DNA of 64,000 nucleotides, taken from contig NW_019091360.1 in assembly GCF_001949145.1 (NCBI RefSeq), forward strand, positions 2,664,864 to 2,728,863, given 5' to 3'. Made by a program: the position numbers and the translations under genes. How positions within the stretch are numbered: the stretch's first letter is position 1; the number at the start of each line of letters is the position of its first letter. The notes below the pieces were generated by a model. That model was not told the DNA's origin. It did not search any database and was given only the letters and a program-made list of their open reading frames with translations. Origin of the DNA: Acanthaster planci. Lineage: Eukaryota. Below are positions 23,701 through 36,812 of the stretch, piece by piece.

Positions 23701-26700
23701 ACCAAGATCTTTGTAGAAATTGTAGTCATGTCTATTCAAGTGTGTGTACTTGAATCTCAGCACTTCAGGCTTGGCACTGAAGTCTTGGTACTCAAGTTTC
23801 CATGCTTTTTCATGCTTGAGTCTCAAGAGTCAGAACATCTGAACCCAATGGAAAGTTGACATTGACCGTCCTTTTGTTGGCAGTGCGGACTCACCTGTCA
23901 TGGCTCACCTGTTTGAGTACGCCTTTGGTGAGGACATCATGGTTATTGGGTACAATGCTGACGGTTCCTGTAAGGGGGAAGTGAAAGCCACCTATGCACC
24001 CCCCGTGCATCTCAAGTGGGAACTTCCAGATGAGGTAGGGTTCTACGTTATTTGCCATGTTCTTGACCTGGGATAGCCCCAGGAGTTATCAGTAAACTTT
24101 TCTTCCTAGGAGCCTGGTTGACAACAAATTAATGCTCAGTTTTAGAGATGTGTGGAAAACCCAAGATAAACATGTGGAAACCAACAGAATTATGTAGAGT
24201 GATGTCACGCTGACAGTCATCTGTTCCAGTTTGCAGTATGTCATGACCATATTCCATTTCAAGAAAAAAATGAGCAGGAGGATTTGATAATGAAAATAGG
24301 TAGCATAGCATATGCATTAAGCTGTGTTCTTTGGATGGAACATTCAACGTACCTCAAGGAAATGTGTGTGGCTTCTGTTGTGTGAAAATCCTTTCTTCAA
24401 AAACAAGAATTTGATGTGAAAAAAGTTCCTGTGTGATTGAGTAATTAACCCTCCTATTTTGACAGTTACAGTCTGAGATTCAATCAACCTCCTGTGCCAT
24501 TTTACATACATCCCATGTCACTTGTTTGAGCTTGACTGGAAGAACAACTTTGTCCAGAATGAATGTTCAGTAGGGGGGTTAAGAAGCCTCACTCCTACTT
24601 TTAATTTGCTTGTGATGAAAAACTTCCAATTGTATCATTTAGTCCTCTGGATCTCGTGCTTCTAGGTGAGAACGGTGATGGAGACCAGCTTGGAGACGGC
24701 CAAGAAGATTGCAGACGATCTGGATTTCCACCTGCTGGTCCACAACCAGTTTGGCAAGGGGGCCATGAAGAAGTGTAAGGTCAGCCCTGATGCCTTCATT
24801 CAAATGGGCATGCAGCTGGCATACTTCCGGGTGAGTGTCTGCAGCAGTCGCTGCTTCTATTTGACATTACTTGCTGCATCTACTGCCCATGTTATTGTTG
24901 CTAAATATCAGGGCAAAGCTTGAGTGACGACCATAGTTCACTATACTTCGACCAATTTTGCCCCGAATGATGGATGGAAGGACTGTTTGGTTGGCCGCAT
25001 GGAGACAATAAGAACCACAGGTATGAAAAGTTGGCAGAAATCGTGAACACAACAAGACATGGAACCAACACCAAAGTGCGAGTGATGGTGGGATGTCGTG
25101 AAATAGTTTCAACTAGTGTCATTCAAGTGGGCCTGCATTTCACATGTGCAGTGGCAAGAAGTAGTTGATCGAAGGTCGAACGGTAATTTGTGCCAAATAT
25201 GCCTTTTGTTGCTGATGCAGCCAGCCTTCTTGATGCTAATGTCGCTGCTTATGGCATCTACCAGTGGTTCTTCCCTGCATATGTGCTGCTGTTTGTATTG
25301 TAGTGTTACCAGTTCTGCTAGTGCTAGTTAAATTTGTGGCTTCCTGCCACGCATTTCTGCTTAGTATAGACTCTGAATGTAGATGGCCAAAATTTAAAAA
25401 AGAAACCTTGTTTTACCCCATTGAAACAGATGTTTAGAGGAGTACATTGCTTGAACCATTATGTGGTGACTGTTAGCTCTCATAAAGCTGACTGACTGCC
25501 AGTAAACAACAAGCAGATGTAATAACCAAGCAGTGACCAAGATGGCACTTTACAATTTGTTGATCCAGGATGCTGGTAAGTTCAACTTGACCTATGAGGC
25601 ATCGATGACGCGTCTGTTCAGAGACGGCAGGACGGAGACCGTTAGGCCTTGCACCATCAGCTCCTGTGACTTTGTGAAATGCATGGAAGATCCCTCTTCA
25701 TCTGTAAGCTCATCTACCCCTTGGCAGAAAAGAAGGGCTTGATAATTAAATTTGCTACGTAAAACTTGGCAGGATACCTGTCTGTAGCAGTGTGCATCAT
25801 GTGACATTTTAGGCTGGCGACTTCATTTTTTGGCAAGCAATGCTTTTCGGTGACTAGCACAGATGTATGGATAGATAATCCATATTTGTTACACCCAAGA
25901 AATTTAGCCGAGTTCTTCGTGAACCTCGTTGCTGATGGGGGTTTTGCGATGTGCCCAATTTTTAAAATGTTTAATTCTCTCGGCTCATTTTCAAATGATG
26001 TTGCCACATTTTCTCTTTGTAGAAAGCGCAGCGTCTTGCCGCGTTCCGGAAGGCGTGTGATGCCCATGTGGCTGGTTACCGCGATGCCATGTGCGGCAAG
26101 GGCATCGATCGTCATCTCTTTTGTCTGTACGTCGTCTCCAAGTACTTGAATGAGGAGTCTCCATTCTTGCAGAAGGTGCTTGCTTCCTTTTCCTTCCCTT
26201 GACCTAAATATAGCCGCAAATACAGTTAATGGGGAAATTATAAAGGGCACATATCCTCTGTCACTGGTGCTCCGTGTGCTTCGCCATGATCATCCTTGGT
26301 CACCTGGCCTATAGACATTTCCTGAAACCATCTGAGCTCCCTGGGGCATGTACAGCATGATGCTGCCATTTTAGGCGCAGACAACTCATCAAACGTATCA
26401 ACCATCTCTGACCTTGGAGGGTATCCATTGATTCTAATGGGTGGAGACAGGTGAGTGAGGGTAAGGTGACTTGCCCCAGATTGCTGGCTTCGAACCCCAT
26501 ACCTATGATCAGGAGTTTCAAACCCTAACCATTAGGCCACACATTACTTCTCTTGGCTTCAAATCCATCTGTCAGATCCATGTGTCTCACTCTCTTTCAA
26601 GGGGGAATCAAAAGTGCTTTTGGTTGAGATCTGCTTTTGTTGACCCCGCAAAATCCTGTTAGATTTTCAAGGATTGGGGAAGATGAGGAATGACAAGAAT

Positions 26701-28255
26701 TTCTGACTGACAGTAGCATCGGATTTGCAATTTGCAGGTGTTGAGTGAACCCTGGCGTTTGTCCACCAGTCAAACACCTCATCAGCAGATGAACAAACTG
26801 GACATCACCAAGCACCCTGAGTACATATCAGCTGGTGGTGGATTCGGTCCGGTATGTAATTGCCCTTTGACCTTTAGGGTCACATGTCAGTTCCTGCCTA
26901 GCCTAAGCACAGAACTGCTTATCAATCAGCAAATTAAATGTGCATGCATTGTACATAGTAGACTGAACATGACCTTGACTTCACTCATTACACGGACAGC
27001 GTCCTGATGATATGTCTGTGGTCAACTTAGGGAATGGGCACATACCCTGCTAATGTATAAATACTTGAACAGTTTGTCATTCCGACCAAAGAGACAATGA
27101 ATCGTCACATTGTAAAGAAGCAAATGAAATGTACTAAGGAAGTCAGGTACAGCCTGTTTGCGTGTGCTCCAACAAATATATTTACATAACTATCCAATAA
27201 ATGAAATAAAATAGGATTCAATATGTATCAGCTCAATGTGAATTTATAATTGGCTGTGCATTACCTGAAAGCAGAGTGAAGATTAGACGTTTTGGAAGAT
27301 CAGTTAGTTTTACACTCGTTACTGTAGCCATCTTAATTGATTGAAGTTGTAGCCAAATTGTCACATTCCCAGAGAACAGCTGATAAAGTAAACACTGGGA
27401 ACCTTTCTAAAACCCAGGTGGCTCGCGATGGCTATGGAGTGTCCTATATCATTGCTGGTGAGGACGTCGTCTTCTACCATGTCTCCAGCAACAATTCCTC
27501 AGCTAGTACGGTATGTACCTTGTCACAGACCTCCTACAGAGTGAATATTTCATGTGCACAGTTATGGGTGCGAAAGGCATTAGCACGAGAACCAGTGCGT
27601 GAACCAACATGTGCACACATTCCATTCATTTACACTACAATTCCTAATTGAAAATGACATCACACTTCTGTACTCTATAGCTTGTCAGTTACACTACTGT
27701 TGTAGCGGAAGGTTTATTTGAGCTTGGACTTTAAGTGGTCAATTAAAGTGTTTAAGATTTTGCCAATTCTTGGTAAGCATTTTTTTTTGTCGCTGATCAG
27801 CATATCCACTTCATTTACATGAACATGAAAATAAAGCTTTTCTAGTACAGCAGATGTTCAGATTGATCACCTTAATAAGAGGAATTTGTCAGGAATAATC
27901 AAAAACCATCCCCAATCAAATGATGTTGGAAAAATAAAGGTATTGTGTGAAAACACCTTTCGGGTATGTCTATCTTGTCTTTCGAAAGGTCAAAGGTTGA
28001 AGACATATTAACTTATTCCAACGTTTCTTTGTTATACATTTAAATCTTGCACTAATCGTTCGTTGAAGTTATGATTTCAGTGGCTCATTTATGAAATGCT
28101 TTGAAATTTCACTAGAATTTCCAAGTAATAAAATTCCATGTAATGAATAATTTCCTTTTTTCCCCTCTTATCCAATGTTATTCTTACAGGATTCCTGGCG
28201 ATTTGCCAAGGGCATCATAAAAGCAAACAGAGACATCCTTTCTCTTTTCCAGTAA
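11719..28255 (+). CDS. CPT1: Carnitine O-palmitoyltransferase 1 (CPT1A-like), complete, 16 core coding exons, 764 aa
   Basis: Exons 11719-11859 ([15 protein letters not shown]...), 14200-14339, 14830-15001, 15444-15545, 16083-16298 ([26 protein letters not shown]), 16891-17198, 17366-17446, 18377-18500, 23291-23424 (NRWFDK...NAEHS), 23884-24034, 24666-24830 (SPDAFIQ), 25569-25703 (YEASMTRLF), 26023-26175 (GKGIDRHLF), 26738-26851 (LSTSQTP...GGGFGP), 27418-27510 (DGYGVSY), 28190-28255 (stop). Sum 2295 nt, open frame, all GT-AG. Confidence 0.97.
12246..12873. repeat. 209-bp tandem repeat, 3 near-identical copies, in CPT1 intron
   Basis: atatgggaaagtttatttaac recurs at 12251, 12460 and 12669; I saw only one substitution (acacgctcac vs acactctcac in copy 3). 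Confidence 0.95.
20055..20135 (+). CDS. Candidate alternative (cassette) exon of CPT1, 81 nt, [27 protein letters not shown]
   Basis: Long pyrimidine tract and CTAAC branch-like motif upstream, acceptor aatag|GAA, donor CAG|gtaaca; 27 codons, open in phase 0, matching the phase-0 host intron 18501-23290. Confidence 0.55.
21502..21620. repeat. G/T-rich low-complexity tract ending in a (GTTT)n microsatellite
   Basis: About 10 GTTT units at ~21579-21618 preceded by a degenerate G/T tract. Confidence 0.9.
22729..22755 (+). CDS. Candidate CPT1 microexon, 27 nt, FPTPLKDDW
   Basis: Strong acceptor tttttctctcttccctttcgccttag|TTT and consensus donor TGG|gtgagt; 9 codons, phase 0-0, no stop. Confidence 0.65.
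26305..26545 (-). mobile_element. tRNA-derived SINE (Deu/Nin-domain-like) in a CPT1 intron
   Basis: Minus strand reads gTGGCCTAATGGttagg (A box) … GGTTCGAAGCC (B box), followed by gggcaagtcaccttaccctcac…ctccaccca…aatggatacc and …aatggcagc…gctgtacatgccccagggagct, resembling conserved central domains of invertebrate tRNA-SINEs. Confidence 0.7.
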
Positions 28256-30665
28256 ATAGCACCACTGTCTCCGACAAGCCTCAACAAATGCGAGCAACAA
28301 ATTGGTATTCAGCTTTTTTTTTTAATCCCGTATTTTTTCCCTCTTTCTTTGGTGCTCGTCATTCTGAAACTTAATACTTGGAGGAGAATTTAGTTTTGTA
28401 TTAGGAGACACAGTCTTTGATATTTGGGGTGTAAAGGTTTTTACCTTCCTGGTCACTTGGAAATTAGTCATTCATCGGTTGAGTTACTGGTTGAGTTTTT
28501 AAAACGTGCAGCATTGGTCACTATAAATACAGGTTAAATAATATGCGCATGTAGAATTGCCCACAAATGCTTCGTTTCATGCACTCTGACAAAATACATT
28601 GGTCCACAGCTGAGCAAATAGATTATTTGTTATCTAAATATCCCAAATGAAAGACCTCATCAATCATTTATTCGGAAGGAAACAAATGGTAGCCAGTTGC
28701 AGAGAACAACAAAAATTCTTGAAATTCAACATGGTAATCCCTTAATTTTCAGTTTAGGGGGCTGGAGCTTTAAAATACTGAACTTGTTCTGATTTATGTA
28801 CATTTAATTTTACACAAATTTAGTTTTTCCTCCAATCTATTCAACATTTTTTGAGGCTTGTCTTTGGAAAAATTTCAACACAAAGGAAAAATGCAGTAAA
28901 CTCTCCATTTTACAGTTCCCAAAGAATTACAGTATTTAATAGTATTTTATCAATATGTACATGTCAGCATAGGTGGTATGAAATATGGTGACTTTCATTT
29001 ATGACACGTAGGCAAGTATTTAGTAACTATAAATGTTTAGCAATGAAATATCACACACCTATTTTATTTACAACCGAAATTAAGCAGGGCGAGAATAACT
29101 ACCTTTTTTCACTCTCTTGGTCGAGTTGTTAGTCCATCTTTTCACAACAGTTGAGGCAAGTTTAGGAAAGTAAACTACCGTTATTGATGCCCAACCTTAA
29201 CGAGGCCAGTCTTTGTCAGCAATGCAACTATTTCTTTGGAACATTATCATTACCTCTGTGTGACCTAACTTTTATTCTTAGCCGGTACTTGAAATTGGGA
29301 TTGAAGTCTTAATACTTGAGTAACAGGTTTTGTTTTAATTTTGTCATGCGCTTGCAATAGAGCCCTGTTGTCAGCAACAAAGTATTGTAATGTGTTACAG
29401 TTTATTTATAGCCACCTTTATCACTGATTCTTAGTAGCCATTCTGCTAGTTTGTGTAGAGTATTTTGTCGAGCTTGCCCATTAGAGTGAAACATAAGTTG
29501 GATTGAAATATGAAGTTTGTCACCCAGGTTGCATAAAACACTTAGCACATTAAGCTTTTTGTTCTTTCTTTTTTTTTTTGGATTGCTTGTTTGAATATGT
29601 TTGCCCCAGATGCAGTTTGTATATGATTTATGTATTCGCTGTGAGCTGAATGAACCTTGCATAATTTAATACTGTCTATTTCTGTTGCAATTACTGTCAT
29701 GAGGACATTTCAAAATCTCAACATGTGCTTCGGTATGGCTTCAAGATTCCAAGGCTCTGGAAGAGGCTTTGGATGATGGTCGAGTTAGCCATTATGGATA
29801 TTTTAGAGAATGAATTTGAAGCTTTTTGCTAATGAAAGGAGTCAATTTCCAAACGTGAAGTAAAAATTGTCATGCTTTCATTGGTTGCGTCCGCTGCCAA
29901 CATTCTCATGTTGTACGTCCATGTTGTAAGTTTGTGTAGTGTTTGCTTGGACAAAAAGAGGAAATAGTAGTGTTTTGGGAGAGTAGTGTATGGTTTGAGA
30001 ATAATATTATGCAGTTATTTGCTCATGAAAGTAATTTTTTTCTGTGAGAAATACAAAAAAAAGGAAAGCAATGCTTGTTGAGGATTGTAATTAGTAACGC
30101 ATAATTACGTTAATATTTGGTTTGGTGATATCTGACACATAATTTGCACTGCAAAATCAGCCTTATGATTAGCACAACGCTAATTTATTAACACACTGAA
30201 GTCGAGTGTGAAGGGTCGCGCATACTAAATGATGTCTTTCGGTGCCAAACAATGCAAGCTCCTTCGAGCCCTTTTGTGGAGAAGTCAGCTTTAATTTTAT
30301 CAGCTTGTTCAAGTAGGGCAACAATCAGTTCTGAGAAGATAAAAAAAACCAGGGTGAATTATTAGTGTTTAACATCCTCTAATTTAAGTTGGTAATATTC
30401 TAAACGAGCTTTGCATTTGCTTTTTCATATTAACTGTTTGATTTTTTCCCATTTAAAACTATTTTTTTTCTCTATACGGAAACTAGTTCAAAGAGAAACT
30501 TGTAATTATTTTATTAAACCTTATACGATGACGTATATCTTATAGTTCCGGTTAATTGGCGAAAGAGACAGAAGTATTTTATCTCTGATTTATTAAATTT
30601 TGCGGTGTATGTAATCGTGACGTTGTGCACCTTTGACCTACATGTGGTGTGACTGTGAAGAATGC

Positions 30666-30671
30666 AATAAA
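30666..30671 (+). promoter_or_regulatory. Candidate polyadenylation signal closing a ~2.4-kb CPT1 3' UTR
   Basis: AATAAA at the end of a long AT-rich stretch downstream of the CPT1 stop (28255), just before transposon-derived sequence begins at ~30800. Confidence 0.4.
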
Positions 30672-30989
30672 AAACATTGATCTTTTGACCTCTTGGAGAA
30701 AATGAATCTTTATGTGCTGCAATGTTTCTTCTTAATCCGTGCTGTCCAAAACGACACCAGTTATCTCTGAAAGTCAAGATAACAGACTTTTAATTTAGAT
30801 TTTTGTATCCACCCAGAGCTGAAGTGCACCCCCAATCGGCGAAAAGAAAAACAGGTGGTTACACGGGGGTTCTTGCACGCGTTGTGCGTGTACGCAAAGT
30901 CCACACGTGCCCGAATAAATTAGTTACGCGTGCTCCGCGTCAAACGCGCGCATATATTTGCGCGCCTTATGGCGCGCCTATGCGGTGAG

Positions 30990-31491
30990 GGGTGAGGCCA
31001 AAAGCCAGGCACTCCGTTCATGACGTCACTACGCCTGTGGCCCCGTTCAACTGCCCATGTACGAATACCCAATTGTAACTCATCGTGCACGCGTGACCTA
31101 GGCCCTTTTCCAATACTCAACTTGGGCTCTGTCTGAGGCTTCGTTCCCCAAACCAATCCCCGATTGTGGGCCTGAAGCGTTTAAATTAAATTGGATTACT
31201 GGAATTTCTGGCTCTCTTGCATCTTATTTGATGTTTTGTGGCACTATTAAAACTAATTACTGCGCTTACAGCTTCAACGTTAGCTAGTAAAAAAAACAGT
31301 TGAAGCCTGAGACGGAGCCGAAGTTGAGTATTAGAAAACAGCCCTAGTCGTGAGCGAGTTGTTCCTTCTTCCATGTTTACAGCGTAGTCCGTAGTCGGTC
31401 CACCATATCTGTGTTAAGTAAACGGGTTTTCATGCAGTGATGTTTTGCGTAGTGACGTCATGCACGGAGTGCCTGGCTAATAGCCTCACCC
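30990..31491. mobile_element. Mutator(MULE)-like MITE with 10-bp target-site duplication
   Basis: ~45-bp TIRs GGGTGAGGCCAAAAGCCAGGCACTCCGTTCATGACGTCACTACGC / reverse complement GGGTGAGGCTATTAGCCAGGCACTCCGTGCATGACGTCACTACGC; exact direct repeat ATGCGGTGAG at 30980-30989 and 31492-31501. Confidence 0.85.
31101..31343. mobile_element. PIF/Harbinger-like MITE nested in the Mutator-like MITE
   Basis: ~42-bp TIRs ggcccttttccaatactcaacttgggctctgtctgaggcttc / reverse complement ggctgttttctaatactcaacttcggctccgtctcaggcttc; 3-bp TSD CTA (31098-31100, 31344-31346). Confidence 0.8.
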
Positions 31492-34400
31492 ATGCGGTGA
31501 GCACCAAAAAACCAACAACAAAAAACAAACAAAAAATCACGCCCTCTTTTGTTCTGCCCGCAGCGGATTATGGGGATGTGAAAGAAACAGGAAATAGGAT
31601 ACGAGAATGACCATGCTGTTTTACGGTCTTAAGTTCAAGAAACCTCAGGACCACACATAAAAAACAGATTTCACGTGGTGCTACAGCAAAGCTATTACTT
31701 AACTTCGATTTACCTGCCGGATGCCCGATATGGCTGTGGTTCGTATAACAGACCCGGGGACTTTATTATTATTTTTAAAGGAAGTTTTACTCATTCTGTA
31801 GGAGGAAGAGAACGATCGAGGCAGCAGGTTTGAACTGAGTCTACAGCTTAAGTTACATGACAATGATGACACATACCGTGCGTGTGTCCTAGGTAAATTG
31901 CGTCGTGCTAAATTTTGTCAACCATCGATCTCGCATGGTGGACTTCATCATGGCAAGAACTGTGACCTAGTTCTTTGTTTACACAAAATTAATGGACTTT
32001 TAGTCACCAATGTTCAAGACTAAACTGTGTGCAATAGTAAAGTACAGCTGCAATAAATTTTGTTAGACACAGGTTTTCTGCAACTTTATTCTCTTCTGCA
32101 ATAGATGGAAACGACTCGACGTCCCTATAATACGTTTATGCAATGTAAAGTGTTATTATTTAAACATTGAAAACCATCCAGGCTTTCCCGGGCAACTGAG
32201 GGCGCTGTTGCTGTGATGTCATCCATGGAAAACATGGCTCGGTGCATAGGTTTTCTGTTCAAATTTTAAACCTTGACCTCATAAATACTGAAAACATTTC
32301 AGAGAAAGAGTTGATTGCTTGCTTTTTGCTGTGTGCTTACACATCAATGAACCACAAAAGAAGACAAAACTTAGGCAAGCAAACTTTAAAAAATGCAGGA
32401 ATGTTTGTGCTTAATTCAGTGTAACATTGGGGCGTTCTTCCAAGGATGACACGCCAGTTTGCTCATGAATTCAGAATAATCGAAAACAGAAAAACAAAAG
32501 GCAGCAAAATACCAATTAAAATATTGAAACGAACATTCGAAATGAGACACAAAGATGGATTTTGGAGGTTTGTATGCATGCATTGCAGCTACCCTTTAAG
32601 GATAGCTGTAATGGTACTTTTATTGGGTTGCTGCGTGTGTGACCATGATTATATGCACACGCAACTATTATGACATTGTGACTAATGTGGACGAACTCGT
32701 AATGGAGTAAATGGGCTGTTAGTGGGACACGCATCATGCATGAGGTGGCAGTGGTCGGGGTCTGGCTCCAAAAGGCTACCTTTGTATCACTGTTTAGGTT
32801 AACTGTCGATGTCAACCTTGATTTCTCGATTATTCAAAAACCCCTCCTCCTGTTTAGGGCTGCATTCCAGTAGTGTAACTATACGTAGGAGGTATGGATG
32901 CACCCCCCCCCCTGCGGAAGTCCATGCCCTCTTTGCCCCCTTTGAAATTTTGAAATACACATCCAATCCATGTCCAAGTCCCCTGTTAAAAATTGTGAGA
33001 ACCCTCCAGTTACGTCACTTCTGTGTTCACTCGTTAGTGTTTTTACTCTCAATCCGGTTCGTATGTGTGTGACGTCATGTAGTTTAAATTACGTCAACTG
33101 CACATGGAGTTACGTGGAACAACGATACTGGAAGTTAACGCCCAACCTGAGTGTTCATCCAATCTCAAGAACAATCACCGTGCTTCCTTCCAGTTTATGA
33201 ATTTCAGTGCAAACTATTGATTCTAATCTATGCATGATGGGGGAAGAGTTGAAAAATCCCTTTCGTAGAGAAGCGAAAATGCAGCTGGTAAAGGTTATGT
33301 TTCGCCATGGCGCTTATACCCTATGTGCGTTAGATATCTGTCATCATAGGCCAACAAAGTGCGATTTTGTCAGAGTGCGTATACAAAATGTACAGTGCAC
33401 TTCTTGAGTACAGAGTCGCTCGCCTGACCGAAACGAATAGCTTGCAGCCTCTATTTACCGTCCGCATCCAGTGGCTTACCACGGGCATTTCACGATTGGT
33501 TTGGCGCCATAACGCCACATTATCATTGTCCAGCTGCCAGCCACTAGAAATTCAGTTCCGAACAGGTCTCCATAGCGTGACGTGCAAAATGAATGTCAGC
33601 AGGAACACACACATACGACGCTACCAAAATTGCCTGGCGTGAGTAGACGTCAGTGAGAACTCCTTAATTAAGGTAGCAATAACGGAAATGAATCGTATCT
33701 CTTGGAGTAGGTGATCAAGCAAGGACGATCCGCAATGCTGGTGGACGGAGCACACAAGGCAGTGGGCGTGAAAGAGGTATGATTTTAAACAATTAATTAC
33801 CCGAATACTATAATATTTGGTTTTGCAAAATACTGTTGGGATTTTAAAGTTGCTGTGAGCTGAGGAGTACAGAACGACAATGGCGTGGCAAAAAAAACGT
33901 GAAGTTTGAACGGGGAGAATTCCATGCTGATCATGACGGTGCGCTATTTTTCAACATAATGTAACGGGTTTCTTTATTTCTAGTAAATTCTAACATCTGT
34001 TTAAAATTTTGTGCAAAGAATGCCTTTTATTTATACAGTTGTGCGACTAAGCTGAAACAGGAATTTTTTGAACAAAAATGTAACGAGTCATATTCGACAT
34101 TATCCGACATTATTGAAAAGAAATGGTAACATGTACAAACCTATATGAACTATACCTTCGGCAGTAAAAATGTTGGAATAATAAAAATCATCAGATGCAC
34201 ATTGCGTCCTTGCGTAACCCCTAAGTCAAGTGGCTGTACTTCCATTTTGTAAGATTCATTTGCTATTATTTTTTCCTGCCAACTTTGAAAGCCAGACATT
34301 TTCCGTGTTGTACGTAATTTTGACACCGATAAGTTCGGCGGTCGATGCGTCAGCCGAGCGTGATAGCTTTCACCTCCATAATTGTTAATTTGATAATTTT

Positions 34401-36812
34401 TCTTCCAGCCCTGTACACTCACTTTTGCTTAAGGCCACGTCGACGTGGAAAGACTAAACAATGGAAAATGATATTGTAAGGCAATCCTGGAAACGATTGT
34501 GCGCGTGCGACGTATCAGCAATCGAACATCCGGATTACAGTTGGCAATAGGTCCTCTGTGATAGAGAATCCTTTAGGCTCTACCTTTTGGTCAACCCTTT
34601 GCTAGACTCTTGTTGCACCTTCAAGATCTGGTGTCAGTTACATCACAGGCAATTCAGAACATGTCTAGATTTTGTCTCTATACAGGGGGCACTTTAGAAG
34701 AAGGAATTTAATTTTGACAGCGAGTAATATAAATGAATAAGACGACGCGTAGTCATGCATAAATCGGACCGTCTGCTCACTTTACACAATGAGAACATCC
34801 CCATCGGATATCGCCTGTGCATTGTTTCAAGTATCGAAGAGAAACGAAGCAGTTCCCTTGGCAGTTCATCTCGTCTAGACCGCGGGATAGCGAGGTCGTT
34901 GCGAGGGGAATAATGGGCGAGGAATTAATTTTCCACCCTTTCATTCATCATGGGAGTTCTTAATAATTATTGTCTTTTGTTGGATATGGGCACGATAACT
35001 GTTGCATGGCAACGAGATGACAGATAATTATAATGGACATCTTAACCAGGGGCTGTTTGTCTTTCTCATGGCATAATTTTGACGGTGGTGACGCACTGCA
35101 TCATTTACAGTCAATTAGGCTAAATATTTACGTTCAGCTCAAAAGCATTACATGTATCAACAAAATTTAATAGGGTTTACTGTGTTCAGAGCTCGTTTTA
35201 GATAGAAATTTGTGTGGAATTAATACTTGCGCTTCTAAACTTGTCGGTCGAGGTATATACACGGGCGTCGCTAGCCCTTTTAGCAGGGGGGCTAGCTCTC
35301 CTTTCCGGATGGGGGATGGGGTGTGGCAGAGTAGAACTTGAGTAGAACACTTATCATAGAAGCCATCAACGATGGAGGATATCTATATTCTGAAGCATTT
35401 TCACGAAAACGGGCAATCGTTATTTTCCCTTTTCCATAGATTCTGTTCCCTTACTTAAAAAAAAAAAATTCCCCACCCGCTCTTTTTTGCTGTCATCTCG
35501 CGACGCCGGTGATTAGGCATAGTCCCGTTCACTATGAGAGGCTTGTGTGTACATTCCTCGCACCCCTTTCCCTCATAATCTGCTGTTAAATAAGGAATAA
35601 AAAGGAGTTTTTCACGTTTTCTTCCAACATACTTCTTTTTACCGTCCTTCTGTCGATTTGATTCAGTCGAGGATTTGCATCTTTTCAAAGGAATTATTTC
35701 CGAAGATATATACCGGCACTTAACGTTCGTGCCTATGCGCCATGATTACAAACGTGTCGTTATCGTGCTTTGCTTTTACGGAAAGCACGAACCGGTTCGG
35801 TAACTGATCTGTGTATTCATCGCCAGTGTGCGCAAAGTTCCCGTCGGTGTCCATGGGAATTTTGTTTTAAATCTAATTTTCTCCTGTATGTGACTAATAT
35901 ACATGTGCCCACATAGGGCCCTGGCCTATTCACAGGCGGAGATATTTTATAAGCTAAATTCAGTGCGGTGCTGGGGAGTTTGACACGTCATTTCCAGTCA
36001 TTCTAGCAACCATAATGCATCCAATTTGAATTGCGCAACGACATGCATTTTTTAAATATTTCAGGCCTTTTCCATTTTTAATTGCCGTACAGTCGACTGG
36101 GGCACGAGCTACCACGCTTGGTTTCAGATCTTGTCCTTTTAATATCTTTTCAAAAGTCACACAATCCCATCTCGCTTAAACAAACACCAGTTCCTTAAAA
36201 AGAAGTCTCCAGAGTGTTCTTTGCCGTGCCGCCCATGCAGATGCCTTGCCGATCAAATAACACCAGGACCAGTTTACTTAGCAGATTAGATTCGACAGCT
36301 TCCTTGGTTCAATGAGAAACAGTGATGGAAGTTTGCATTTTTGGAGACATTCAAAAGATCCATTATCATACGAGAAGTGAGGAAACCATTTTGACCCGTG
36401 ACGACGAAACCTGTAACGGGACTCGCGTATTCAAGATGTATACGCGGGTGTATTTCGTGTGAACTTAGGCTCACTAGTCGTATATACTTAGCCTGTTCTT
36501 GCCTGAACTTGTATGCATACACACGTTCCCTGGTAAAGCAACCTCAAATAACCGAGAATCGCATGCAGTATAAACACAGAGATAGCAAGAGGCAGAACTA
36601 GTTTTTAAAAACGACAGCAGAAATCTCCATTCATCACACTGAAGGCCTTACACCCGGCTTAGACCGCACTGGAGAGCCATGCGCCGAACCAAATTATTAG
36701 GAGCGATTCGAGCCGATCCAATTAGTGAGTCTAGGCTCTGAAATATACACTTCAAATCAAGCACAGTGTTTTTAGCATTGTTTCAGGGACGTGGTGAAAA
36801 AATAATCATATC

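Noticed and set aside
25714..26250. 178-aa minus-strand ORF
   Set aside because: Antisense shadow of CPT1 exon 26023-26175 plus intron; no independent coding signal.
26440..26545. tRNA-like A and B boxes
   Set aside because: No complete cloverleaf, and it continues into a SINE-type body; called as a SINE rather than a tRNA gene.
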